Origin: a virus
Strand: one strand, 5' to 3'
Length of the DNA stretch: 64,000 nt
IMG/VR virus record: IMGVR_UViG_3300045988_110343
Location: 1 to 64,000 of that record
Shown piece after piece: positions 8,700-18,556 of this stretch; the first letter of the stretch is position 1, and every line of letters begins with the position of its first letter. The position numbers were made by a program, and so were the translations under genes. The notes beneath the pieces are model-generated. The model was not told the origin of the DNA and searched no databases. It worked only from the letters and a program-made list of their open reading frames with translations.

Positions 8700-9725
8700 T
8701 TATGTCATAATTTGATGTACACGATAATTCTTATAGTCCTCATCTTTATATAAATAACCAATAGTTTTACCAATTACAGTTTGACGATCACTAAATTGTT
8801 TCTTTTTTAATCTATATGATATATAATAATTATAATAAAATTCAATTGCAATTTCACTAAATTGACGTGCGATTATAGATCGTGCGATTCCTTCTTTTGA
8901 TTTAATATAATATAAATCTGCAATTGCCTTGATATCCATTTTAGATTTTAAATATTGTATAAAACCAGAATTAATAACATCAATGGTTGTCAATTTCTCA
9001 TAAGATAAAGTGTTACCAGTTAATTCTAATTGAGACTGCACATTATTATATATCCTCTTTTGCTCTGCTTGATATTCTTCTATATTATTACATTTTTTTC
9101 GTGGTATTAATACAAAATCATCATATATATTCGTATCTCCCATTTTCAATTTATATTCATTCAATGTCTCGATAAAATCTTTGGAGACTGGTTTCCCAAA
9201 AATTGTTAAATCATTTTGATTAATATCTGAGAATTTTAGATTTCTTAACTCCTTTCCATTTATCCCGTTATATAAACTCACAATATGAAATCTAGTATTC
9301 AATTTGGTATCGGCTGATGCATTGCACGACATCAGATTCGAAATAAACGCATTTATTTTATCTGGTGTAACATAATTAACATTAACTCTATTTGAAAAAT
9401 ATATATCAACTGCTAATTGCAAGTTTATAAATTTATCATTAACAAATGGATTATATTTAATGTAATTTTGTTCATATGCATAAGTATATAGTTTAACGAG
9501 CTGGTCATATCTTTTTTTAATAGAATTCATACTTTTGGTTTTTTTACCTCTAGTATCTGATAATATAGCCTCTTGGATTGTACCTGGTGCATACGTTAAC
9601 CCAGATTCATTGTCGTCCGCAATATCAGAATCTAACAACCAATTCCATGTTGGGCGACGTGATTCTGATACGTGAGAATCTATATAATTTTGTATCAATT
9701 CTTTATTATTCATAATATTCTCCAT
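8700..9725 (-). CDS. hypothetical protein; candidate partner of the PemK/MazF-like gene
   Basis: 341 aa, N/Y/K-rich with AT-rich codon usage. Begins 3 nt after the MazF-like ORF, suggesting one operon. Confidence 0.5.
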   Translation of the reverse strand: MENIMNNKELIQNYIDSHVSESRRPTWNWLLDSDIADDNESGLTYAPGTIQEAILSDTRGKKTKSMNSIKKRYDQLVKLYTYAYEQNYIKYNPFVNDKFINLQLAVDIYFSNRVNVNYVTPDKINAFISNLMSCNASADTKLNTRFHIVSLYNGINGKELRNLKFSDINQNDLTIFGKPVSKDFIETLNEYKLKMGDTNIYDDFVLIPRKKCNNIEEYQAEQKRIYNNVQSQLELTGNTLSYEKLTTIDVINSGFIQYLKSKMDIKAIADLYYIKSKEGIARSIIARQFSEIAIEFYYNYYISYRLKKKQFSDRQTVIGKTIGYLYKDEDYKNYRVHQIMT

Positions 9726-9727
9726 TT

Positions 9728-10177
9728 CTAGGATGCCATTGCATTCATGTACGATAACATGCCGTTTTGTATTAAAATGCCATGTCCTATTTTTAACATT
9801 AAAGATAGATCAGATATTCTTCCCCAATACTCTAAAAGATTATTCTTTGGAATTGTTCTTCCTTGCTCTAAATACACCTGTGATACAATTTTTAATCCAT
9901 TACTGGTATTTGGATAAATGGTTACATGTGTCGGTATCCAGTTCCTTAATTTTTTTGTAATTGGATACACGTTAATCTCTGTGCTCGTATTATTACAAAT
10001 ATTATTAGAATATACGATGATTGGTCTTTTCCCATGCAAGATATGACTACCTTCAATTTTCGGCAAATCTGCAAAATATATTCCCCAAACTTGAGGATTT
10101 TGATATTTGCCATATACATATTCTTTTCTTTTTCTGTTATCGTTTCCTTTTCTTTCTTTGTTAGTATATCCGTTCAT
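9728..10177 (-). CDS. PemK/MazF-family toxin-like protein
   Basis: Motifs GKRPIIVYSN, TEINVYPITKK and GLKIVSQVYLEQGRTIPK fit the PemK/MazF fold. Start placed at the internal Met, which has a GAGGGA RBS downstream of the predicted promoter; the track ORF starts at 10237. Confidence 0.55.
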   Translation of the reverse strand: MNGYTNKERKGNDNRKRKEYVYGKYQNPQVWGIYFADLPKIEGSHILHGKRPIIVYSNNICNNTSTEINVYPITKKLRNWIPTHVTIYPNTSNGLKIVSQVYLEQGRTIPKNNLLEYWGRISDLSLMLKIGHGILIQNGMLSYMNAMAS

Positions 10178-10224
10178 TTTTACGTCCCTCAACTTTCCCC
10201 AGTTGCATTTTTTGTTTTCATGAA

Positions 10225-10266
10225 TTAAATATACCATACTTTTTGCACCCTGTCAATAGGTGCAAG
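10225..10266 (-). promoter_or_regulatory. sigma70-like promoter with a palindromic operator (TGCACC-N9-GGTGCA)
   Basis: Minus strand reads TTGACA-17-TGgTATATT. The palindrome at 10244..10264 overlaps the -35. A near-identical 27-nt element recurs at 33661..33697. Confidence 0.55.
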
Positions 10267-10337
10267 AAAGAAAGTTAATTTTTATTGTAAACAAAGAATC
10301 TCTACATTTCTTATTATAATGCTACTATAGAACAAAA

Positions 10338-10658
10338 TCAAGATATTTTTCGAACAAATGTTCTCTTTTTGTTCGAACACTTCACTTTTCGTTTGCTTGG
10401 AAGTGGAAAATACTGTCTGACCTGATGTGGTTTGTCTAATCTCCACTTCTTTTCCTCAAAGTCATAGTCGCAAAAATCAAGCACTTCGTCCACACATCCA
10501 TCATTATATTTGTAATCCACGATTACAGGATATGTTTTATATCTCATATAACGTGATGCGTTATCTGGTTTTAGCGGTGGAATATCTGCTGAAATCCACA
10601 TAAGATTCTGGTTTACTTTCTTTTCTTCTTTATTTTGTCTAATTGTATTTATCTTCAT
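10338..10658 (-). CDS. hypothetical protein
   Basis: 106-aa ORF. Confidence 0.45.
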   Translation of the reverse strand: MKINTIRQNKEEKKVNQNLMWISADIPPLKPDNASRYMRYKTYPVIVDYKYNDGCVDEVLDFCDYDFEEKKWRLDKPHQVRQYFPLPSKRKVKCSNKKRTFVRKIS

Positions 10659-10670
10659 ACAAAATTCTCC

Positions 10671-11417
10671 TTATGAAATCCTAATTATCTGTTCGTAAAT
10701 TGCAATCGCATTATCTTCTGGGAAATTCTGGTTCACATGCATATGCCCAAAGAACCACTTTCTATATTCGACAGATTCTTTGATCTCTTGCAAATAATCC
10801 GTCAATATATCTGTTTTATATAGTCCTGCTCCGCCATCCATTTGTCTTAAAGCAGACGTGTACGGACTGTGTGTGATTATATAATCTACTTGTAGTCCAT
10901 TCTTCTTCAGATTCATTACACCTTCTACCATTTCTTCCTCTGAAGGAAGTTCTTCTTTCCACCATGATATATGATTAATGCGAAACATTTTATCGTAATC
11001 TCTATACCACTCATTAATTCTTGGATCGTTTTGCTCTAAAATCCCATCCTGAACATCGTGAGAACTAGCTCCACCAAACGTAAAGAATCTCTTTCCCTGG
11101 ATATCAAATATCTGCCCTCGCATGAGATGAAAAATAGAATCACGAATCTTATGAACCTTTCCGCCATTCCATTCTTCTACAGGATATTCGTACAGCCGAT
11201 CATAATTTTCATGGTTCCCACATACAAACAAAGTAGTAAATGGTTTGTTATCTAACCATTCCAGATTATATCGTTCTTCTTTTGTGTCATGCCACAGTCC
11301 AAAATCTCCGCAGATAATCACATAATCATCTTTGGTTAACTCAACTCCCTCTGGGAAAGAACGACTGTTTAATCGAGTCATCCAATCCCCATGTGTATCT
11401 CCTGTTACAAATATCAT
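10671..11417 (-). CDS. calcineurin-like metallophosphoesterase
   Basis: 248 aa. Motifs GDTHGD, GDFGLW, GNHE and GHMH. Confidence 0.8.
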   Translation of the reverse strand: MIFVTGDTHGDWMTRLNSRSFPEGVELTKDDYVIICGDFGLWHDTKEERYNLEWLDNKPFTTLFVCGNHENYDRLYEYPVEEWNGGKVHKIRDSIFHLMRGQIFDIQGKRFFTFGGASSHDVQDGILEQNDPRINEWYRDYDKMFRINHISWWKEELPSEEEMVEGVMNLKKNGLQVDYIITHSPYTSALRQMDGGAGLYKTDILTDYLQEIKESVEYRKWFFGHMHVNQNFPEDNAIAIYEQIIRIS

Positions 11418-12364
11418 ACAATTACTCCTTCCAATAACTCTTCTAATGCCTGCATATTATCTTCATGTACTCTATCATCTTGATCTGCATCATCTTTGCC
11501 AGTCTTATAAGCAAACTTGATAATCTCCATAACTCTATCATAACTCACATTAACAACATTTTCCTTCAATCCGTTAAAAGCCCCACTGATAATTTCCTTG
11601 TATGTCTGCGCAATATCATCAAACAATACATGAGTTTCTTCCTCTGTGATTGTTGCATACAGAAATGTCATTGCAGGGCTACTATGATTCAATAATCTCA
11701 TAAGTGTATACAATACGTTCTGATCATCTTTATGATCGACAAGTGTCCAATACACAAAGTTCTTTCGTAATGTATGCGTACCAATATTGTCCTCAATTCC
11801 AACTGCTTTAGCACCTTTTTTAACAAAATCCAAAGCATTTGCTTCAGTCATGTGTCCTGATCCAGACTTACATGTTCCAAAAACATAATCATCCATTGGC
11901 ACTTCGCCATCAATCTTGACATCATATTTAGTTCCTGCAACAGCTTCAAAGAAAATATCCACTGCTTCAGTTACCAAATCGTTAAAGTATACAGTTCTGA
12001 ATTTCTTTGTTTTCTTTTCCTGTTTACGAGTCTTATCGTCTAATAAATCGCCCCATTTGAGTCTAACAATATCAGAGATACGATATGCTGTATTGTTTCC
12101 AACTGTAACCAAAAGATTGTTTCTGGCAGCTACATATCGTTTGTACTCTGTGTACGATTTATCAATCTGGTCTCTAAAATATGCATTAAAGGCTGCAAAT
12201 TGTTTTCTGTCCTTGATCGGATACACTAAAGATGATACGCCTTTTTGTTTGTTAGATCGAGTCCATTTAGGACTTCCATCCTTACGTCTTTTAATCTTTG
12301 TTTCAGATTCTTCTGCGTTATTATTGTTTACTGTTTCAATAACTTCAAACTGTGTTGCTGCCAT
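11414..12364 (-). CDS. int: tyrosine-type site-specific recombinase / phage integrase
   Basis: 316 aa. Box motifs AYRISDIVRLKW (Arg), GTHTLRKNF (HxxR) and NHSSPAMTFLYA (catalytic Tyr). Confidence 0.8.
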   Translation of the reverse strand: MAATQFEVIETVNNNNAEESETKIKRRKDGSPKWTRSNKQKGVSSLVYPIKDRKQFAAFNAYFRDQIDKSYTEYKRYVAARNNLLVTVGNNTAYRISDIVRLKWGDLLDDKTRKQEKKTKKFRTVYFNDLVTEAVDIFFEAVAGTKYDVKIDGEVPMDDYVFGTCKSGSGHMTEANALDFVKKGAKAVGIEDNIGTHTLRKNFVYWTLVDHKDDQNVLYTLMRLLNHSSPAMTFLYATITEEETHVLFDDIAQTYKEIISGAFNGLKENVVNVSYDRVMEIIKFAYKTGKDDADQDDRVHEDNMQALEELLEGVIV

Positions 12365-12477
12365 GATAATCTCTCCTCTCTAATTATTGCACTGTTCACG
12401 TACTTCTGGTCTAATTTCTACTTCGATTAATTCCATAATTCTTACTCCTATTCTCTAAATTTAGGCAAAATAAAAAG

Positions 12478-12505
12478 AAGCCCTAAGCTTCTCAATCTCA
12501 TTCTA
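12478..12505 (-). terminator. rho-independent terminator
   Basis: Minus strand reads GAAGC-ttagg-GCTTC followed by TTTTTATTTT, downstream of the 12517..12981 gene. Confidence 0.5.
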
Positions 12506-12516
12506 TTATTCAATTT

Positions 12517-12981
12517 CTACAATGGTCTAATAATATCAGGATTCATGATCAGAATACTATCACAATCCCAACCGTAAAGCTCATAATATAACTCATAATC
12601 ACCTTTGGATAAATTAAGCTTAATTGCATCAACTCCATCTTCGACCATCTTCTCAAAATCTGGCACAACGCCCATTGTATCAAATAAATATTCTGGGAGA
12701 TAACCCGATAGATCTTGAGTTGGAACCTGCTTTAAATCGGCTTTCTCTGTCCATTCAACAATATTTGCCGAATCATCCAATGTAAATTTAAAGTTTTTGT
12801 CCAGTTTATCAATTCTAAAATCATTATCAATACACCATTTCTCCCACGGCTGATCCGCCTTTATATCCGATGCCCATAAACCGCCAAATGGTTTGTTAAT
12901 CATGTTTCTGTTCACAATTGACATAAACAACTCTTTCTCAAACTTATCACTGCCGTAGTGAATATAAATATTTTCTGACAT
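12517..12981 (-). CDS. hypothetical protein
   Basis: 154-aa ORF. Confidence 0.5.
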   Translation of the reverse strand: MSENIYIHYGSDKFEKELFMSIVNRNMINKPFGGLWASDIKADQPWEKWCIDNDFRIDKLDKNFKFTLDDSANIVEWTEKADLKQVPTQDLSGYLPEYLFDTMGVVPDFEKMVEDGVDAIKLNLSKGDYELYYELYGWDCDSILIMNPDIIRPL

Positions 12982-13002
12982 TTTTCCATCCTTTCGTCAA
13001 AC

Positions 13003-13725
13003 TTATCCCGTCATCTGCTTTTCAAAAAGCTGTCTTTCCAACGCACCGAAATCATAGTCACGATCACACTCCAAACGTGCAAGGTTTGTTACCTTGGACT
13101 TTTGTTTAGCGTTCTTCTTAGCCTGATTACGTTCCCAGTTTCGTACTGCTGCCTTCCAGTCTTGCATTTTGCTATTGCCCATCATCCAGTCTTTGGCTGT
13201 GTAATAATCCACAAACTCTTCTGGATCAATTCCATTGTGTCTCTGCTGGCAATATCTGGAGACTTGCTCGCAATCAGGCGGTGTGAATCGCTTTATATTA
13301 TTATTATTATATTTATTATTATTTTTTACTTTCTTTTTATGTGTCGCTTCTGTGTCGTTTTGGTGTCGTTTCTGTGTAGCTTTTTTATCCACAAAACCTT
13401 GATAAACACTGTAATTTACTATGGTTATGACTGTCTTTTTAGTGTCGCTTTTTACATGTATGATACTGTCGTTTTTCAGTGTCTTTAAAAATTTGACAAC
13501 CTTTGAATTACTCCATCCCCATCGATCACACAATCTTCTGATCGAAGTAACTACCGATCCTCGCTCAACTGTTTCTAAATTTCCATCAATGTATTTCGAT
13601 TGATCATTATATCCTGCGAGAATCAATAAGTCAATCATTGCTTGCCCTCTGGCAAATGGTTTATCTTCCCATAACCAGTGATCTGTAATTTTCCGATGGA
13701 GTTTAATCCATCCTGTATTACTCAT
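13003..13725 (-). CDS. phage replisome organizer / replication protein
   Basis: 240 aa. N-terminal WIKLHRKI..W..GQAMIDLLILA pattern is typical of a phage replisome organizer. C-terminal YYTAKDWMMGNSKMQDWKAAVRNW resembles the conserved phage C-terminus. Confidence 0.55.
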   Translation of the reverse strand: MSNTGWIKLHRKITDHWLWEDKPFARGQAMIDLLILAGYNDQSKYIDGNLETVERGSVVTSIRRLCDRWGWSNSKVVKFLKTLKNDSIIHVKSDTKKTVITIVNYSVYQGFVDKKATQKRHQNDTEATHKKKVKNNNKYNNNNIKRFTPPDCEQVSRYCQQRHNGIDPEEFVDYYTAKDWMMGNSKMQDWKAAVRNWERNQAKKNAKQKSKVTNLARLECDRDYDFGALERQLFEKQMTG

Positions 13726-13784
13726 GGCATCACTCCCATCTATATGCGGAGATAAAATTCTCCTTTAATACCTGCATATATTTA

Positions 13785-14000
13785 TTAATCTTCAACACAA
13801 TAATCACGTTTAAATTCTTCATAAGTCATGACATGTTTCCTGCAATTGACACAAACCATATATTTGTTATGCTTATAAAGGCTTGTAATGTCTTCTCCAT
13901 CTTCTTTTCCATTAAATTTGTAGAATTCTCTTCCTGATACATTAAAATCATTATATAATCCATCAGAACTCCCACAATATGGGCATTTTGTTATTACCAT
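13785..14000 (-). CDS. zinc-ribbon protein
   Basis: 71 aa with CPYCG...CVNC. Confidence 0.5.
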   Translation of the reverse strand: MVITKCPYCGSSDGLYNDFNVSGREFYKFNGKEDGEDITSLYKHNKYMVCVNCRKHVMTYEEFKRDYCVED

Positions 14001-14028
14001 TCATTCCACCACCTATCAGATTTTCGTT

Positions 14029-14757
14029 TTATTCTTCATCAAGTTCCATATGATTTACGTCAACAGGATTCTCTAATTTCAGAATATCTTCCTTCTGTTC
14101 TACTAAAGCCTGTTGAGCAATTGCATTAATTTTATTCTGGGCAAAGGCTTCGATTTCGCCTTTTGCTTCTGTGATTGTTTTATCCATTTGTTCTTGAAAC
14201 TGGTCGAAAATAAATTTTGATTCAGACTCCATTGATTTAGTGATTCTTCCTAATTTTTCCAGAATCATTTCTTTATCGCCCTTACTAATAGATTTCTTTG
14301 TGCTAAAAAGTTCCTTTAGTTCATTGTAAAATTCCTGTGCATCGTTCATATGCTCGTTCATAGAATCTTTAAATTCATTAGTAATCTGCTGCCTTTTATT
14401 AATAAAATCCGCTTCGTTAATACGTCCTTTGCCTTGTATGTATTTAATAGTACAAGGCACACCAGTTCCTGTATTCATTGATGTAATAACTTCTGCAAAT
14501 TGAGACTGAGACATTGCAACTTCAACAATTTCATGTCCACCAACATACCAGTCCTCATTTAATCCTCTAATGACCTTTCCTTCTCTCAACACCATATGAA
14601 TTGTATCATTATGCTGAATACTACTACCAAATAAATTACTATGCCCACCATGAGTACGCCTAAATGACAACATGCCAAATGATGGGTGTTTATATGATGT
14701 TCCAAGTGCATTTTCTGAGATTTCATAATCTCCTTCTTTTTTGATATTTTCTTCCAT
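14029..14757 (-). CDS. hypothetical protein
   Basis: 242-aa ORF. Confidence 0.5.
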   Translation of the reverse strand: MEENIKKEGDYEISENALGTSYKHPSFGMLSFRRTHGGHSNLFGSSIQHNDTIHMVLREGKVIRGLNEDWYVGGHEIVEVAMSQSQFAEVITSMNTGTGVPCTIKYIQGKGRINEADFINKRQQITNEFKDSMNEHMNDAQEFYNELKELFSTKKSISKGDKEMILEKLGRITKSMESESKFIFDQFQEQMDKTITEAKGEIEAFAQNKINAIAQQALVEQKEDILKLENPVDVNHMELDEE

Positions 14758-14851
14758 TTATTTCCGTTTCCTTTCTATCAAAGTTTCATTTTATTCTTTG
14801 CAAGCTACAATACAAGTTGGAGCGTTATACTTTCCAATATCCGCATAAAAA

Positions 14852-15193
14852 TTATCCAATACAGATTCTAATTTCGTATACACCCCCGTCCCTTCTCATT
14901 CCATTTTCTGTCTTTACATTAGAGTATACAACAATATAATCAATAGGTTCATACACAACTGTCTCCATGTGTTTAATATACTGTCTAACACTACTTTCTA
15001 CAGATTTAATATCGTCTGTTTCTGCACAAATACAACCATACGGAATCCAACTTTTAGAAACATTCTGTCCTTTATAAATAATCATTAAAGCTCGCTTTGA
15101 TTCACATTCATTCATTAACTGCATTAACAGTTTAGATTTTCCGTTACCCTTTAATGTTAATATATTCATTTTTCCATCACTCCTTCTGATCAA
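14852..15193 (-). CDS. hypothetical protein
   Basis: 113-aa ORF. Confidence 0.45.
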   Translation of the reverse strand: MIRRSDGKMNILTLKGNGKSKLLMQLMNECESKRALMIIYKGQNVSKSWIPYGCICAETDDIKSVESSVRQYIKHMETVVYEPIDYIVVYSNVKTENGMRRDGGVYEIRICIG

Positions 15194-15440
15194 ATATTTG
15201 TTTCATTACTGCATCAGTTTTAGCCATTGATTCATCAATATCTGTGTCACACATAAGTTGGAACAAATCTTCATAACATTTTGAGCACAAATAAACTGTA
15301 TGAGTTACAACATTAAACCCTAACTCATGTTCAAATAAAATTCTTTTCATACATCTATCGTCCTCAAAATGCTTTCCACATTCAACACACGAACAAAATT
15401 TATCACTTTCTCTAAGTTCTGCTACATTGTCAATTTTCAT
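15177..15440 (-). CDS. hypothetical Cys-rich protein
   Basis: 87 aa with CSCVEC..C..CSKC. Confidence 0.45.
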   Translation of the reverse strand: MKIDNVAELRESDKFCSCVECGKHFEDDRCMKRILFEHELGFNVVTHTVYLCSKCYEDLFQLMCDTDIDESMAKTDAVMKQIFDQKE

Positions 15441-15457
15441 AATTATACCACACCTCT

Positions 15458-16552
15458 CTATTCTTCTGAAATAATTTCCACCGCAGCTTCATAAAATCTG
15501 TTGTATAAAGTTGCATTAGTTTTAATAAGCTGAGATTTAGGAATGCCATGAGCATATTCATCCCAGTTAACGCCATTCTCTGTCATCTTAGTGTAGATTT
15601 TCCGATAAACAGACGTTCCACCTTTAGATTTATTTCCAATATGATTAGCATAGTTAGTAATCTTGATCTTCATTTCTTCCCAATCAGGCTGTGCGTTCTC
15701 TTTACGGAACTGTCGCAGAAGTTTTTCCAATGAATTAACTAACAGATCAGGATACTTGTCATAGCAAAGATCAATCGTTGGCACATTACCTCTCTCGCTA
15801 ATATTATACTTCTCTTTGTATTCTTTTCGATCCTGTTCCCACACAATCCCATATGTGTTAGTAAGATACCTATATGCCTCTCTAAGAATATCTCTAGTAG
15901 TGGTTCCTAGTTCGTCAGATTCTTTTAGAATATCATCAATGATAGAGTAGACATTAGATTTCCATTCATTAAGTTTGTATTCTGCGATAACACTTTCCGT
16001 ATCCACTACTGGAACATCTTTCGTAGGCTTTCCAATCTGCTTATACAATTCTTTCCGTTCGGCTTTCATCTCTTTAACAATGTCAGCCAACTGATTAAAT
16101 CCTTTAATAGTAACCTTGTACAGACGCTCATTGTTTCTTTCCATCTGCTTCATAAGTTCTGTCTGTTCTGTAAGAAACTGCTCTACTGTTGTTACAGGAG
16201 TTCCTGTTCTTAATTTTCCATGACGATAAGATTTAATAATATTCCATGCCCAATCCATAAAGGCATCTGCTTTTGGTTGACGACTTAATCTACATATCTC
16301 AAATACTCCAAGCTCATTATATACAACTGTTTCCCTATTCCTTCCATCAACCGTCCTCGTTTTGAGGACACTTGATTTTCCAACAAACCGATTCTTGTTC
16401 TTGTCGTGAATATTTTGGATTGCTTTTCTTGGATCTGCATATTCCAGTGCTTCTCCAATTTGATTTCTCGTCATCCAAATATCGTCCTCAGAACTATAAA
16501 AATCACACGATAAATCGTTAAAATTTTCCGTTTTTACTAACTGTAGGTTCAT
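15458..16552 (-). CDS. phage antirepressor (BRO-N / Ant-like)
   Basis: 364 aa. N-terminal BRO-like block FNDLSCDFYSSEDDIWMTRNQIGEAL. Confidence 0.55.
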   Translation of the reverse strand: MNLQLVKTENFNDLSCDFYSSEDDIWMTRNQIGEALEYADPRKAIQNIHDKNKNRFVGKSSVLKTRTVDGRNRETVVYNELGVFEICRLSRQPKADAFMDWAWNIIKSYRHGKLRTGTPVTTVEQFLTEQTELMKQMERNNERLYKVTIKGFNQLADIVKEMKAERKELYKQIGKPTKDVPVVDTESVIAEYKLNEWKSNVYSIIDDILKESDELGTTTRDILREAYRYLTNTYGIVWEQDRKEYKEKYNISERGNVPTIDLCYDKYPDLLVNSLEKLLRQFRKENAQPDWEEMKIKITNYANHIGNKSKGGTSVYRKIYTKMTENGVNWDEYAHGIPKSQLIKTNATLYNRFYEAAVEIISEE

Positions 16553-16874
16553 TCTTCATCTTCCTTTCTAAACTGTCTTATTTTTCTCTACACTCATTAT
16601 TTTTGTATAACTGTATTCCGTAAACCAATAGGAATAAAATCAACATTTAATTCCAACTATTAGTGTGCCAATCCTAATAGAAACCTATTCTATTCCTATT
16701 AGCTCTCTATGTAATCAACACCCTTTCCATTAACAATTATATGCTTAGTGAATCATTAGTTTGTGTATAATAAATTTGACAAAGAACCGACCTGCCAAAT
16801 CGGTTCCTGTCAAATATTTCCGTAAAATAAAAAGAACCTTCCGTTCGGTTCTTTGCCAAAATTATTATATGGAA

Positions 16875-17120
16875 TTAAATCAGCTGATAAATAAGCATTC
16901 CGAAAGCTACGATAACCCATAATGTCGTAATTGCTTTCATAGGCTTCATAATAGCTTCTAATATTTCCTCTAATACGTCTATATATTTGCGTAAATATAC
17001 CTTATTATGTTCACGATCAATTTTTCTTAGCGATAACCAAGCTAGGAAAACAATCACATATAACACAAAAGATATTCCGCAGAACTGTTCAAAGAAATGA
17101 ACAACCTGTTCTAATTCCAT
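16875..17120 (-). CDS. small membrane protein
   Basis: 81 aa with two hydrophobic helices. Confidence 0.45.
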   Translation of the reverse strand: MELEQVVHFFEQFCGISFVLYVIVFLAWLSLRKIDREHNKVYLRKYIDVLEEILEAIMKPMKAITTLWVIVAFGMLIYQLI

Positions 17121-18475
17121 ACTTCATCATCCTCATCTTCATTATCATATAAATTTTCCACTGGTGCTGTCTGTTGGAACATATCTGTTGGAGATAGGTT
17201 TCTAGCTTCACACATTGCACAAAAGACTTTCAGTACCTTATCCCATTCATATTCTTGAATCCACTGTAGAAATGGTTTCTTTCCACGTTTCTTAACATCA
17301 ATATGGTATTTGTATTGCAAGTTCTTATACAATTCATTCCACATAACAGAGAATTGTGTTCCTGTTACCGCAGCCAACTTCCTAATACCAGCGTTCATCT
17401 TATTGCGATCATCCCACGTCAAAATTTCCGCTGCTAATAACTTGTTATCATTCTGTAACTTCTGATTCTCTTCTTTGAGTTCTTTGTTCTGTGTTCGTAA
17501 ATCAGTTACCATAGCAAGCTTGACATCCTCAGAAAATGATGGGAAGTAGTGTTCAATGAACTGTGACTCTTTCCCAAAGTCAACTGCACCGCCTGTCTTA
17601 CGGATGTTTCTAAGGTATTCTTTGATCTGCTTCTTCATCTGCTTGGCAATCGGTTTACGTGACTGCATACACACTTCATAAAGCCCATCTTCTGTGAGGA
17701 ATAAGAATGGTGCTTTAGTTTTTCCGTTGGCGTCTAATTGACCTAAATTTTGAGTACCAACATTGTTGGTAGTTAAAATTTTAGTCTTGAATTTTTCCTC
17801 TTGATCAATTGTTTGTAGCATTACATTGACATTATACTTCCCAGTTCCAGTCTTTGCATAATCAATCCATTCTGCAACATCTCTTGCCAAGAATAACGGA
17901 TCTTCAATGCTTCTATACAGATCAATTCGTCTGCCTAAAATTTCCGTTGTGTCAACAAGCTTAACGCCTGCCTCTATCTGTTCTTGTTCTCTTCGTTCTT
18001 CCATCGTGATGTAATCATTGATAAAAACATAATGTCTAACGCTCTCAGCAAGGTTTGAAGTTTCCATCAGTAAAGACAATCTGATTAAGCATTTAAGAGT
18101 AAATACCTTAGCACCTTTATAGCCGAATGAGATATTTAATCCGTTCGGATACGTTACCACGATTCTTCCCTTCTGTTTTTCCGTTGTTGCGTTCTGACCA
18201 TCAATGATCTCTTGCACTGTCTTAACTTCCATTCCATCTGCTAAAAACTCTTTACGATACTTCGTACACAACCTCTTGACTTCATCAACATCTCCATCAA
18301 AGAATCGTGCTACCTGTTCCGTAGTAATATAATCTCGTCCAGGAAGCCACGGGATTGGCTTGATCGTAACCTGTTTCAAAAGCTCCGTGTTCTGCACCAA
18401 TTCATCTCTCTTTGCTTTATCCAAAATTGGATCGCAAGGAATTTCCATTTCGTTTAGATTCATAATTAATTCCAC
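17111..18475 (-). CDS. phage antirepressor, KilA-N/BRO-type
   Basis: 454 aa. KilA-N-like segment ITTEQVARFFDG and a central antirepressor-like region. Confidence 0.5.
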   Translation of the reverse strand: MELIMNLNEMEIPCDPILDKAKRDELVQNTELLKQVTIKPIPWLPGRDYITTEQVARFFDGDVDEVKRLCTKYRKEFLADGMEVKTVQEIIDGQNATTEKQKGRIVVTYPNGLNISFGYKGAKVFTLKCLIRLSLLMETSNLAESVRHYVFINDYITMEERREQEQIEAGVKLVDTTEILGRRIDLYRSIEDPLFLARDVAEWIDYAKTGTGKYNVNVMLQTIDQEEKFKTKILTTNNVGTQNLGQLDANGKTKAPFLFLTEDGLYEVCMQSRKPIAKQMKKQIKEYLRNIRKTGGAVDFGKESQFIEHYFPSFSEDVKLAMVTDLRTQNKELKEENQKLQNDNKLLAAEILTWDDRNKMNAGIRKLAAVTGTQFSVMWNELYKNLQYKYHIDVKKRGKKPFLQWIQEYEWDKVLKVFCAMCEARNLSPTDMFQQTAPVENLYDNEDEDDEVWN

Positions 18476-18556
18476 CTTTCTTATGTAAAAATTTGTATAA
18501 AAAAAGACACTTTGGAATTTTCCATAAGTGTCCTAGTTACCTATATTAATTTGTAA

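Noticed and set aside
12365-12516. Looked for attP or a tRNA-like core next to the integrase.
   Set aside because: Only a terminator hairpin is found there. The tRNA-like fragments are at 3235..3372 and 24285..24313, so the att location is unresolved.
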